DNA of 32,272 nucleotides from a virus (Duplodnaviria; Heunggongvirae; Uroviricota; Caudoviricetes): IMG/VR virus record IMGVR_UViG_2737471827_000002, positions 1 to 32,272 of that record; one strand, 5' to 3'. Shown piece by piece: positions 18,513 to 27,005 of this stretch (position 1 is its first letter; each line of letters starts with the position of its first letter). The notes under the pieces were generated by a model. It saw only the letters and a program-made list of their open reading frames with translations, ran no database searches and was not told where the DNA came from. The position numbers and the translations under genes were made by a program.

Positions 18513-19574
18513 TCACAAAATTGTATTTGCTGATAACATACTGATTTCCTGAATGGTCTTATTGAACCGTTCTGTCTCAAGCTCAACACCTAATGCCCGA
18601 CGCCCCAGCGCCATTGCTGCTTTTATTGTGGAACCGGATCCCATAAAGAAATCAGCAACCAGATCGCCAGGTCGACTACTGGCATTGATTATTTGCCTGA
18701 GCATATCCGCCGGTTTCTCACACGGATGTTTGCCCGGGTAGAACTGAACGGGTTTATGCATCCAGACATCGGTATAAGGCACGGAGACTGATACGGAGAA
18801 CCAGCGCCGGAGAGATTTAAACTCATCCAGCAATTCAGAATATTTGCGATTCAGTGAATCATAAGATGCCACCAACTGGTGGTGTGGTTGTTCCAGTTGT
18901 TGTTCCTGAAACTTCTCTGCCGCTATACGGGAAAACAGTGCCTGTAACTTCCGGTAGTCAGCCTCATTCGGCAACTGCCACTGACTGGCACCAAACCAGT
19001 GGGAAACCATATTTTTCTTACCTGTGGCTTCGGCAATTTGTTTTGCCGTTATACCCAGTTCGGCACGAGCATCCCTGAAATACGATATCAGCGGTGCCAT
19101 TATGTGCTGTTTGAGTTCCCTTTCTTTTGCTGCATAGCCGTCACTTTTGCCGCGATATGGCCCCTGGTAATGTTCAGCAAACAGAACGCGCTCTGTGGCA
19201 GGAAAATATGCGCGCAGACTTTCTTTATTACACCCATTCCAACGTCCGGACGGCTTCGCCCAGATAATGTGGTTCAGAACATTAAAGCGTTCACGCATCA
19301 TGATTTCGATATCAGATGCCAGACGATGACCGCAGAACAGGTAAAGGCTTCCGGCAGGTTTTAACACCCGCCAGAACTGCGCCAGACACTGATCCAGCCA
19401 TTTCAGGTAATCATCATCTCCCTTCCACTGGTTATCCCAGCCATCTGGCTTCACTTTAAAGTATGGTGGGTCTGTGACTATCAGATCGACAGAGTTTTCC
19501 GGTAAGGTCTGGATAAATTCCAGGCAATCAGCGTTGATTAACTCACAACTGGATATTTTTACAGTATTAGCCAT
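18513..19574 (-). CDS. Orphan DNA methyltransferase (beta-class N6-adenine/N4-cytosine type)
   Basis: 353 aa; DPPY motif near N-terminus and AdoMet-binding FFMGSGST near C-terminus; no adjacent restriction endonuclease gene. Confidence 0.8.
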   Translation of the reverse strand: MANTVKISSCELINADCLEFIQTLPENSVDLIVTDPPYFKVKPDGWDNQWKGDDDYLKWLDQCLAQFWRVLKPAGSLYLFCGHRLASDIEIMMRERFNVLNHIIWAKPSGRWNGCNKESLRAYFPATERVLFAEHYQGPYRGKSDGYAAKERELKQHIMAPLISYFRDARAELGITAKQIAEATGKKNMVSHWFGASQWQLPNEADYRKLQALFSRIAAEKFQEQQLEQPHHQLVASYDSLNRKYSELLDEFKSLRRWFSVSVSVPYTDVWMHKPVQFYPGKHPCEKPADMLRQIINASSRPGDLVADFFMGSGSTIKAAMALGRRALGVELETERFNKTIQEISMLSANTIL

Positions 19575-19724
19575 AGATCAATAAGCGCTTCTCTGATAGG
19601 CTCATACCGCTTTTGCGCAAAGCAGATGGGCCTGAGGTTTGCTTGTGACCCCAACGCATGAGCAGATGGCTGGCAGGTGCCGCTAACACCCACCAGCCGC
19701 CCATTACCACAAATTAAAAAGCCT

Positions 19725-20045
19725 TCACTGCGGAAGGCGTCTGTAACAACCGAACTGATAATCTGCCAGGCCCGCCATAACAAGCTGGGTCAGTATTAAC
19801 TGGCAGCATTCGCGTGAAAGGTAAGTATTCTGCGCAATCTCCCCGACGGTCGCTGGTTCGGTGACGCTTAATTCATTAAACACCACTCTGGCGGTTTCGC
19901 TCATATCCTGCTGTTTTAGCATGTCTTTTTCCCTTTTCTGGTTAACGTGACATACCAATAACTCTTGTCGAAAAAGCCAGCAAGTTGAAAGGCCGGTATT
20001 CGCAACCACCAGCGCATTTAACGTCCTGTACTGCTTTTCAGGCAC
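19725..20045 (-). CDS. Small hypothetical protein, possible HTH (true start probably internal, about 65 aa)
   Basis: ORF track 106 aa; plausible start MLKQQDMSETARVVFNEL... near 19922 after SD-like AAAGGGAAAAAG; C-terminal HTH-like segment. Confidence 0.4.
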   Translation of the reverse strand: MPEKQYRTLNALVVANTGLSTCWLFRQELLVCHVNQKREKDMLKQQDMSETARVVFNELSVTEPATVGEIAQNTYLSRECCQLILTQLVMAGLADYQFGCYRRLPQ

Positions 20046-20146
20046 AAAAAAACCCGCTCATCGGCGGGTTTAAGCTGTGTGGCGTAGTAACCACTCTTAA
20101 CAGGATATTCAACTTTTTACGATCGTAAAGTGTTCGGGGGAAATTT

Positions 20147-20710
20147 TTAAAGTCGCATCAGTCGTTCCACCAGTTGCTCTTTACTGGCAACGATCCAGCC
20201 GCGTTGTTCCAGATAAAATTTGAACCGTTCCAGAGTGCATACCATCGCATCGGCGGGTACTTTTTCCGTGAAGTCGACCTGACCGTGTTTATCGAAGTGG
20301 ATCAGTAATGCGCATCCATCATTTTCGGTGGGGGAGTTTTGTGTTGCTGGTGGCTGTTTCTGGCTGAAATAACAGTCTTCCAGTTTTTCGAATACTTCCC
20401 ACGCCTGATCTGTTTCCAGCATTTTTGCGTGGCGGGCAGCTCCGCGTTCTGTCCATAGGATGAGGAAGCGGGTTTTGGGAGAGATGGGATTTTGTGACTT
20501 ACTTAAAGTAAGTCGCAATTTTTTTAATTCCTCACCCGCTGCTTTAAAAAAGTGCTTTCCTGCGACAAAACGCTCTTTGTTTCTGGTGAAGTTAACCTGG
20601 ATATTCAGAATTTCGGTGCCATAAAGCTGCGCCAAAAGTTCAGTGGTAATAACAGGAATCTGGTTATGGGTGATCGGGGAGAGAGTTTCAACAGAGATTT
20701 GAGTTGTCAT
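20147..20710 (-). CDS. ORF6N/KilA-type domain protein (antirepressor-like), first gene after pR'/tR'
   Basis: 187 aa; N-terminus ITTELLAQLYGTEILNIQVNFTRNKERFVAGKHFF typical of ORF6N-type antirepressor proteins (from memory). Confidence 0.55.
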   Translation of the reverse strand: MTTQISVETLSPITHNQIPVITTELLAQLYGTEILNIQVNFTRNKERFVAGKHFFKAAGEELKKLRLTLSKSQNPISPKTRFLILWTERGAARHAKMLETDQAWEVFEKLEDCYFSQKQPPATQNSPTENDGCALLIHFDKHGQVDFTEKVPADAMVCTLERFKFYLEQRGWIVASKEQLVERLMRL

Positions 20711-20870
20711 AATGACGCCCTCTAGTGGTTTCTAAACTATCACCACCGTCAGGTTCCTAATCATCGGGTGGTGAGACGTACAGGGTTAGGAACTACCGGG
20801 AAACCAACCGGCGAGCCTTTCAGCTCCCCCATACGCCCCACCATAATTCAGATGTGCGCGTGCATACGAC

Positions 20871-20895
20871 AATAAAAAACACGCTCGCGGCGTGT
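20871..20895 (-). terminator. tR'-like intrinsic terminator downstream of pR'
   Basis: Hairpin ACACGC-TCGCG-GCGTGT (20879-20895) with minus-strand U-tract from plus-strand AATAAAAA; about 55-75 nt downstream of predicted start. Confidence 0.6.
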
Positions 20896-20957
20896 ATCTG
20901 TCGCGGTCTCTATCCGGGGTTCCTAATCCCGACGCCAGATTTTGCTGACGCGTGAGG

Positions 20958-20987
20958 AATATAGCCCCGGACAATGTGTCTGGTCAA
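20958..20987 (-). promoter_or_regulatory. Late promoter pR' (-35 TTGACC, 18 nt, -10 TATATT) directly downstream of Q
   Basis: Plus-strand GGTCAA at 20982-20987 and AATATA at 20958-20963 are TTGACC and TATATT on the minus strand; position as in lambda/82-type Q phages. Confidence 0.65.
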
Positions 20988-20991
20988 GCTC

Positions 20992-21387
20992 CTACATGAT
21001 TCGTTCTACGTATCTGTCCATCTCCAGTCGGATATCAAGCATCATCAACATGCCATCAATAACCCCTTCCGCTTTCTGCAGGCGCTTGCCAATACAGGTA
21101 TCCGAACACCCATGCTTTCGTGCCAACCCCATAAAAGTCATTCCACCTACGTAATAATCCACCAACAAATCGTGCAAATCCTGATTTTTCTTGTTCAACC
21201 GGGCCATACAGCCACAAATTATCATTGCATCATCATCAGAACACTGAGGGCGTGATTTCACTTTCGGCGGGATTAATCCTTTAAAACCAGCAGCGATTGA
21301 CGCCCATGACACATCTTCGTGATTGTTCGCAGCCCATGCTCCCCACCGCTCCATAACCTGCTGAATATCACGCACCATCGTTATCAC
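20992..21387 (-). CDS. Q: Late-gene antiterminator Q (phage 82 / QuuD type)
   Basis: ...[33 protein letters not shown]...[20 protein letters not shown]... resembles K-12 QuuD as recalled; followed by promoter and terminator. Confidence 0.85.
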   Translation of the reverse strand: MITMVRDIQQVMERWGAWAANNHEDVSWASIAAGFKGLIPPKVKSRPQCSDDDAMIICGCMARLNKKNQDLHDLLVDYYVGGMTFMGLARKHGCSDTCIGKRLQKAEGVIDGMLMMLDIRLEMDRYVERIM

Positions 21388-21745
21388 CTGTAATTTCGTA
21401 AATCTTCACGCCCAACCGCCCACCAGGAACAGGCAGTCCGCGCACAATATTGATTTCATCAAACTGCTCGTCATCGATAAGCAGTCCCGCATGCGTTAGT
21501 GCATCCAGCGGTGCTTTCAGAATATTGTCCAGGTCACGACGGCGCTTATCCGGTGGCTCTGCAATAATCTTTATCGCCAGCCTTCCGGAGAGGTTTAATT
21601 TCAGTTGCTGATGGCGAACAATAAGCGCCACATCTCGGCGATAACGCTCACCGGCTTTTGATACAAAATATGTGCTGCCGCGACGTCGCCAGTAAGTATT
21701 CACCGTCGGCGGGTAAGGCAAAACAAATTCTATGCGTTCAGTCAT
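21368..21745 (-). CDS. rusA: Holliday junction resolvase RusA
   Basis: 125 aa; RusA-like motifs ([39 protein letters not shown]). Confidence 0.85.
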   Translation of the reverse strand: MTERIEFVLPYPPTVNTYWRRRGSTYFVSKAGERYRRDVALIVRHQQLKLNLSGRLAIKIIAEPPDKRRRDLDNILKAPLDALTHAGLLIDDEQFDEINIVRGLPVPGGRLGVKIYEITGDNDGA

Positions 21746-22804
21746 TTATGATTTCCACTTCAGGACGCCCGAATTTTTCGCGTGCATTAAAAAACGAATC
21801 AGCAACAACAGCTGGCTGCCGTGTTTTTCTTCAAAATCTTTTACCCCGGCGTGTAGTTCGTTATGGCATTTACGGCACAGCGGAATAACGAACAAATCAT
21901 CAGCCTTTGTTCCCATTCCTCCCAGACCATGGCCAATGATGTGATGCGGATCATCTGCCTGATTGCCGCACGTCATGCACTTCTGTGTTTTTACCCAGCG
22001 AGTATATACAGGCATCTCTTCCCGTTGTAGTTTCTTGCGCTGGAGATACTGAGCCGGAGACTCCGGATCAACAGTGATGCTTACCACCGTCTTTTCCTGT
22101 GGCTGGTTCTGTTGCTGGTGAGAGTAAGACGGCGGCACTATATTTTTTGTGCGCTGTTTCAGTATGCTGGTGGCTGTCTGCTCTCCCGGTACAATGTCGC
22201 TCTCCCGGTACACAGAGCAGATTTTTTCTACGGGCAATCCCAGTGAACGACGTAATACTGCCTCCGGTAGCGCCTCCGCCACCTGATTGCATACCGCCCA
22301 CCAGGATAATTCAGCCAGAGATAATTCGCGCTCCTGCGCACCGCTTATTGCATGGCGGATGACATCAATCATCCAGGCTGTCAGATTTTGTTGAGCAAGC
22401 AGCTCCAGCGATTCTGATGTCTGGTCACGAAGCTGGTTGTCGCAGTGCCAGCACAACACCATCGCGCCGGTACCGTAACGGTGTATGACGGTTTCACTGT
22501 GATGGTAATCACCATGAGGCCACTGGCAGGATTTAACATTGCGCAACAGCCAGTCAGACAATGCACCAGTACCACCAGCAGCACGAATCACACGCTCATT
22601 GCTGAAAAACGGCAGTAATGATTTATCCTCCGCCAGCGGCTGGCGAACGGCGGGAACAACTCCGGACGGCAGACTGCGCATGCTTTTCGGTTCCGGCTCC
22701 ACCAGTACCCTGCCGTTATGGAATACCGACATTGATTCACGGCCAGGCTTAACGATAACCACCCCAAGCTCCGGTACCGGAACAGGTCGCAGTAATACCC
22801 GCAC
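21746..22804 (-). CDS. DUF968-family protein (YdfU-like) with C-terminal Cys/His HNH-like motif
   Basis: C-terminus KCMTCGN...DPHHIIGHG...CRKCHNELH; resembles Qin YdfU from memory; true start probably internal (MSVFHNG, about 22732). Confidence 0.7.
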   Translation of the reverse strand: MRVLLRPVPVPELGVVIVKPGRESMSVFHNGRVLVEPEPKSMRSLPSGVVPAVRQPLAEDKSLLPFFSNERVIRAAGGTGALSDWLLRNVKSCQWPHGDYHHSETVIHRYGTGAMVLCWHCDNQLRDQTSESLELLAQQNLTAWMIDVIRHAISGAQERELSLAELSWWAVCNQVAEALPEAVLRRSLGLPVEKICSVYRESDIVPGEQTATSILKQRTKNIVPPSYSHQQQNQPQEKTVVSITVDPESPAQYLQRKKLQREEMPVYTRWVKTQKCMTCGNQADDPHHIIGHGLGGMGTKADDLFVIPLCRKCHNELHAGVKDFEEKHGSQLLLLIRFLMHAKNSGVLKWKS

Positions 22805-22805
22805 G

Positions 22806-23165
22806 CTACCTCCAGATCCGTTGCTGGAATGTGCGGGACGGACACGGTGGCCGTTCAGAGTAAGGAAGCCTGACGGAGATTATCCAGTGCAGGCAGTCAA
22901 GGCTGAGTTCTTTCTGAAACTCGTAACCGCGTCTGCGGTAGCACTGAATTAACCATTTGGCCTGCTCTTCAGTGCATGGATCATGCTGGAACCAGTCAGA
23001 TTTGAATGCATGAGAACGCCGCCCGTGCCTGCTGGCAGGGTCAGCAGAGTTATCCGAATTGTAAAATCTGGTATCGTGCGCCATCAGTTTTCTCTGCTGA
23101 CGCAGCAGGTGCCAGTTGTTCAGGCTGGCGTGCGAATTGTAAACCAGAATGCCATGAAAAAACAA
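22806..23165 (-). CDS. Hypothetical protein (true start probably internal, about 23084)
   Basis: ORF in nin region; 5' end of track ORF overlaps the terminator at 23154-23182, so MAHDTRF... is the more likely start. Confidence 0.4.
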   Translation of the reverse strand: MFFHGILVYNSHASLNNWHLLRQQRKLMAHDTRFYNSDNSADPASRHGRRSHAFKSDWFQHDPCTEEQAKWLIQCYRRRGYEFQKELSLDCLHWIISVRLPYSERPPCPSRTFQQRIWR

Positions 23166-23182
23166 AACCCGCCGAAGCGGGT
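23154..23182 (-). terminator. Intrinsic terminator after the membrane-protein gene
   Basis: Minus-strand RNA: hairpin ACCCGC-TTCG-GCGGGT followed by TTTTGTTTTTT; 22 nt after the stop at 23204. Confidence 0.7.
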
Positions 23183-23203
23183 CTGGTTATTGATGAATTA
23201 ACT

Positions 23204-24022
23204 TCACGGTTTGGGCTGGAAATTCTTATTCAGAGCTCTGCACTGCTCTTTGTCTTCTTCTTCATGGGCTTTAAATACAGAATAAGTATCAGGGTCAAAA
23301 AACGAGATAGATTCCACTTCCCTCTTGGCTACAAGTATCCGAAAGTCTTCAAGGCTAAGGCCGCCAAGACCTTCCGCTACAATTCCTTCTGACTGATAAT
23401 GTCGGCGGTAGTTTGTTGTGATGTTTGTAGTTAACGTACCCTTATCCCGATACCCACTCAACAGCGGAAGAAGTTCAATATGGGTAAAATCGCCGTTTTC
23501 AAAACTTGGGCAGATAACAATTCCAACGTAAAATTTTCTGGATGAGAGTGTTATAATGACGGGAAATTGCCTGACTGCTGCTTCCATAAGGAAGCTCTCT
23601 TCTGGACTTGTGGAAACAATTCTTGCGATAGCATCCAACCTGCGATCCCCTTTCTCTGTTCTTTTTTTGCGCCGCCAACCGCAAAATGCAGCAAGAGCAA
23701 CAGATGTCATTCCCCAGACTGCAGATTTAAGATCCTTTATCGAATTTCCTCCATCAAAAGAGATAGGAAAAACTCTTTTCAGGGCATCAGGACCAAGATG
23801 AAAAAAATGCAGAATACCGTTAATCAACCAGCGGTATACCCCAAGGAAACCAAGGATCGTACAAACAACCCACGCAACACAGACAAAAACAGTTCCCCAG
23901 GTTGCAACAAAAAAATAAGCGTCCCATCCCACAGAACGCTTATACCTATATCTTGTTTCCAAACAAAGAGTAACATAAACATAACCACTAATCAGTATGA
24001 CAGCGATCAATAGCGTATTCAT
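23204..24022 (-). CDS. Polytopic membrane protein with about 150-aa soluble C-terminal domain, unknown function
   Basis: 272 aa; hydrophobic helices at about 3-21, 36-58 and 97-113; AT-rich codon usage unlike flanking phage genes; start 2 nt after stop of the upstream small gene. Confidence 0.7.
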   Translation of the reverse strand: MNTLLIAVILISGYVYVTLCLETRYRYKRSVGWDAYFFVATWGTVFVCVAWVVCTILGFLGVYRWLINGILHFFHLGPDALKRVFPISFDGGNSIKDLKSAVWGMTSVALAAFCGWRRKKRTEKGDRRLDAIARIVSTSPEESFLMEAAVRQFPVIITLSSRKFYVGIVICPSFENGDFTHIELLPLLSGYRDKGTLTTNITTNYRRHYQSEGIVAEGLGGLSLEDFRILVAKREVESISFFDPDTYSVFKAHEEEDKEQCRALNKNFQPKP

Positions 24023-24024
24023 TC

Positions 24025-24231
24025 TTACCCTGGCTTTTTGTTTTCCAATGACTCAAGCTTGTCCAGTTGTTCTTTGATAGCCTTTCTGACCTTGTCGTTC
24101 TCAAGGTTAACCATGATGAAACCATCGTCGCTTACTTCGAACTTATCCTTGTTTTCTTTAAGAACTTTTGACAACCTGTTCGATGGTGTCTGTATGGTTC
24201 CATACCCTCTTATTGCATATGCGAGACTCAT
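24025..24231 (-). CDS. Small hydrophilic protein (68 aa), first gene of the two-gene insertion
   Basis: ORF track 24025-24258; likely start MSLAYAIRG preceded by SD GGGAGG; Lys/Glu-rich C-terminus; AT-rich upstream region 24260-24400. Confidence 0.55.
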   Translation of the reverse strand: MSLAYAIRGYGTIQTPSNRLSKVLKENKDKFEVSDDGFIMVNLENDKVRKAIKEQLDKLESLENKKPG

Positions 24232-24396
24232 TCTTACCTCCCATCTTACCGTTATCACCGTGTAGTGACACTGTTACATCCATGTATAAATGCTTTGATA
24301 CTATGGCTATACCATTAAAATAAGTTTACCGGAAGACTTTGATCAACTACTTTTCACACCAGATACACAAATAATGTGAAACACAACATAGAAATT

Positions 24397-24420
24397 GTCA
24401 AAACCGCCGGGTGGCGGGTG
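24397..24420 (-). terminator. Terminator at 3' end of the hok transcript
   Basis: Minus strand: CCGCC-ACCC-GGCGG followed by TTTT. Confidence 0.5.
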
Positions 24421-24477
24421 CGTTGAGGATGCCTGACACATCAGAGGTGGCGGGAGATTACTCCCCCGCCTGGTCTC

Positions 24478-24633
24478 TTACTCCTCAGGTTCGTAAGCTG
24501 TGAAGACAGCGACCTCCGTCTGGCCGGTTCGGATTCGTACCTCGCAGAGGTCTTTCCTCGTTACCAGTGCCGTCACTATGACGGTTAAACAGATGACGAT
24601 CAGGGCGATTAACATCGCCTTTTGCTGCTTCAT
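24478..24633 (-). CDS. hok: Hok-family type I toxin (HokD/RelF-like)
   Basis: MKQQKAMLIALIVICLTVIVTALVTRKDLCEVRIRTGQTEVAVFTAYEPEE (51 aa) matches Hok family; track ORF extends upstream in frame to 24690. Confidence 0.9.
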   Translation of the reverse strand: MKQQKAMLIALIVICLTVIVTALVTRKDLCEVRIRTGQTEVAVFTAYEPEE

Positions 24634-24924
24634 AGCCTGCTTCTCCTTGCCTTTCGGCACGTAAGAGGCTAACCTAGATTTGCCGTTCATAGATTGAGCC
24701 TCAGATTAATGTTAAGCGTCTTGCCGGACGCGTAATGTTAACTGGGGCTTTTCTCTATCTGCCTTTTGGTGTTCATGCCTGAGACAGATAGCCTCAAGCA
24801 CCCGCTGCAATTCTACTTAACTCTCCTTTTCCCGCAAACCGTTTTTATCCCCAGCGGCAAATCGAATACACCACCAGCGCCACCGCCATCGCAATTCCTA
24901 CCGTTGTTAATGCTTCAGGTCAGG

Positions 24925-25269
24925 TCATCGTAAAATATCCTCCACGCTTATCAGTCCGTTCCGCTCCAGATAACTCATCGCCTTATCCGGTAATTTGCAG
25001 TCTGGCTTCGCTTTCCTCAGTTGCCAGGTTAACTGCTTTACCAGCATGGTTAACTCATCGACCAGACGCTGATATCCCACTGGTTTGTATTCATGCAATT
25101 TACCGGCTGGCTCTGCTGCCAGCGATACCAGTGCGATTTCCAGAACAGCAATATCCATCTTATATGTGCGGATGATGTCATGGTCGATTGTGCCCGGTAT
25201 GCACAGTCTCTGTGCTTCAATAGTCTCCTCTGCGTGAGCTATTAACTGCTCTCTGGTAAAAGTCGTCAT
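24925..25269 (-). CDS. Hypothetical protein (114 aa), paralogous in its N-terminal half to the upstream 55-aa gene
   Basis: ATG overlaps stop of upstream gene (ATGA); shares MTT.T.E...L and ALxSLxAEP with the 55-aa protein. Confidence 0.6.
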   Translation of the reverse strand: MTTFTREQLIAHAEETIEAQRLCIPGTIDHDIIRTYKMDIAVLEIALVSLAAEPAGKLHEYKPVGYQRLVDELTMLVKQLTWQLRKAKPDCKLPDKAMSYLERNGLISVEDILR

Positions 25270-25433
25270 GCCGTAGCCCCTTCTTGATATTTTTCAAACC
25301 AGAACACAACCGGCTCTGCTTCCAGCGATGCCAGCGCAATCCGTGCCAGTTCCATTTGTTCACCACGGGTAAGCCCGTTTTCAAGCGGGTTTTTAATGAA
25401 CAATTCAATACGTTCTTTGGTAATAGTGGTCAT
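25266..25433 (-). CDS. Small hypothetical protein (55 aa), not in ORF track
   Basis: Manual translation [55 protein letters not shown]; strong SD AAGGAGT upstream. Confidence 0.6.
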   Translation of the reverse strand: MTTITKERIELFIKNPLENGLTRGEQMELARIALASLEAEPVVFWFEKYQEGATA

Positions 25434-25443
25434 GTGTTACTCC

Positions 25444-25707
25444 TTAACCCGCAGTGCTTTCAACTGATGAGGGGAACAAAATCTTTTCATCAAACCCTGC
25501 ATTCATATCATGAACAGCAACACACCAATCCATCGACGAACGATTATCAAGAGCCTCCATGATTTCATCCATGCGGCGTAGGTCATACAGGTAAATGCTT
25601 TTATCGCCAATGGTGTAAAAACCAATTTTTTTCGGTGATGGGCAGCGATCAAGAACGTCCTGTAATTCGTTCAACCATGCCCGTTCTTTTTTTGTCAAAG
25701 TTGCCAT
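25444..25707 (-). CDS. Hypothetical protein (87 aa)
   Basis: ATG 1 nt after the stop of the upstream gene, preceded by AAAGGAGAG. Confidence 0.6.
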   Translation of the reverse strand: MATLTKKERAWLNELQDVLDRCPSPKKIGFYTIGDKSIYLYDLRRMDEIMEALDNRSSMDWCVAVHDMNAGFDEKILFPSSVESTAG

Positions 25708-25708
25708 A

Positions 25709-26200
25709 TCACTCTCCTTTGATGCGAATACCAGTGGTACTCATTCTCCTGATTTCCCAGAGCACACGAGGAACACCACCGTTTCCGACTGGATCGCGTT
25801 TACTCCGCAGGGCGACGCTTGATTCCGCCCAGCTTTTTCTTGGAGGAAGCTCTTTCACACGAACAAAACCAGCTGCGCGAAGAGATGCTCCTGATTCATC
25901 TGCCCGGGTGTACGTAATACAACGTTGATAACCCATAGCTTTTGCTGCCCGCCAGACAGCACCATAAAGCGCGCTGTTAGCGTTGCGTTCTCCTGTGGTA
26001 CATGTGCGATTTACTTCAAGCGTTAATCCATCGTCCAAATGTCGTGCAACAGGTCTACCGGCTGTCGCCACACCTATCAATTCTCCGGCATCATTTCTCA
26101 GACCAATGCTGAATTTATGCCCCACCGGGGGTTTATTGTGTCGGTGATGTCTGGATATAAACGCCTTCGCAACACGAAGAGTAACCGGTGAAATCTGCAC
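25709..26200 (-). CDS. Putative GNAT-fold N-acetyltransferase-like protein (about 163 aa, GTG start)
   Basis: ORF track 25709-26239; likely GTG start at 26200 after AAAGGAGAG; ...ALYGAVWRAAKAMGYQRCITYT...SGASLRAAGF resembles the acetyl-CoA-binding core (pattern judgement). Confidence 0.5.
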   Translation of the reverse strand: MQISPVTLRVAKAFISRHHRHNKPPVGHKFSIGLRNDAGELIGVATAGRPVARHLDDGLTLEVNRTCTTGERNANSALYGAVWRAAKAMGYQRCITYTRADESGASLRAAGFVRVKELPPRKSWAESSVALRSKRDPVGNGGVPRVLWEIRRMSTTGIRIKGE

Positions 26201-26202
26201 TC

Positions 26203-26562
26203 TCACTCTCCTTTGATGCCAATGTTTACAGCCTGGCAAGCCTCTTTGAGCACCCAGTCAACAGCGTCTTTCCATGCTCCGGTTTCGACTGGCGGATTTT
26301 CACGCTTAACCTGTTCATAGAAGCGCACTGCTTTAATCAATCCTTCTGGTGTCAGTGGCACAGGCGGGGCAGTGAATAACGCCTGAATTTCATAGTTCGG
26401 CCTGTCGTTACAATCCTCTTTTGTCGGTACATATTTCCAGTCACCAACCCACATCTTCTCCTGAAAGTCCGTAACGCCTTTTTTCACGTAGCGATATCGC
26501 CATGCCACTGGTTTTGCCTGCCCTGCCTTTTCATGCCCTTCCTGATAATTAATCTCGCTCAT
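26203..26562 (-). CDS. Hypothetical protein (119 aa)
   Basis: Start overlaps stop of upstream small gene (ATGA); ends in the conserved junction motif. Confidence 0.6.
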   Translation of the reverse strand: MSEINYQEGHEKAGQAKPVAWRYRYVKKGVTDFQEKMWVGDWKYVPTKEDCNDRPNYEIQALFTAPPVPLTPEGLIKAVRFYEQVKRENPPVETGAWKDAVDWVLKEACQAVNIGIKGE

Positions 26563-26735
26563 TCATCGCCCCACTCATCACAATATGCTTCGACCGGAGT
26601 TTTTCCTGCTTCATAATCATCACGCCATGCTTCAGCATCAGCAGCACTGCCACCACGTAACTCTGCATAGTCCATTAACAGTTCATGCCATTCTTCAAAA
26701 CTGACGTTGTATTTAGTTGAACCAAAATCAGCCAT
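26559..26735 (-). CDS. Small acidic protein (58 aa), not in ORF track
   Basis: Manual translation MADFGSTKYNVSFEEWHELLMDYAELRGGSAADAEAWRDDYEAGKTPVEAYCDEWGDE; SD AAGAGGAAG upstream; stop overlaps next start. Confidence 0.55.
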   Translation of the reverse strand: MADFGSTKYNVSFEEWHELLMDYAELRGGSAADAEAWRDDYEAGKTPVEAYCDEWGDE

Positions 26736-26910
26736 TTTGTTCTTCCTCTTCGTCTTTTATTTCGTGATATGAGTAATTGCAGTAGTTAAAGAAAATATCT
26801 TTTGCTTCGTCATATATTTCATCAGGCGTCGCATCATCATCCACTTCGAATTCATCCTCGAAATCTCCACCGGCTATTCCCGTTTCAATAATTATTTTAA
26901 ACTTTCGCAT
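26728..26910 (-). CDS. Small highly acidic protein (60 aa)
   Basis: About one third Asp/Glu residues; overlaps the start of the next small gene. Confidence 0.45.
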   Translation of the reverse strand: MRKFKIIIETGIAGGDFEDEFEVDDDATPDEIYDEAKDIFFNYCNYSYHEIKDEEEEQNG

Positions 26911-27005
26911 TTAACTACCGCCCTTTCGGGCGGCCTCCTGATGTTCTGAGGGTGCAGAAATCCCTCCGGTTAAGGATTAAATTTTATTTGCAGTGCTAAA
27001 TTTAA

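Noticed and set aside
18513-20710. Shiga toxin or other toxin cargo in the Q-S interval
   Set aside because: No stxA/stxB-like ORFs; the interval carries a methyltransferase and ORF6N-type gene.
20786-20974. 62-aa minus-strand ORF
   Set aside because: Overlaps the predicted pR' start and tR' terminator; more likely part of the short leader RNA.
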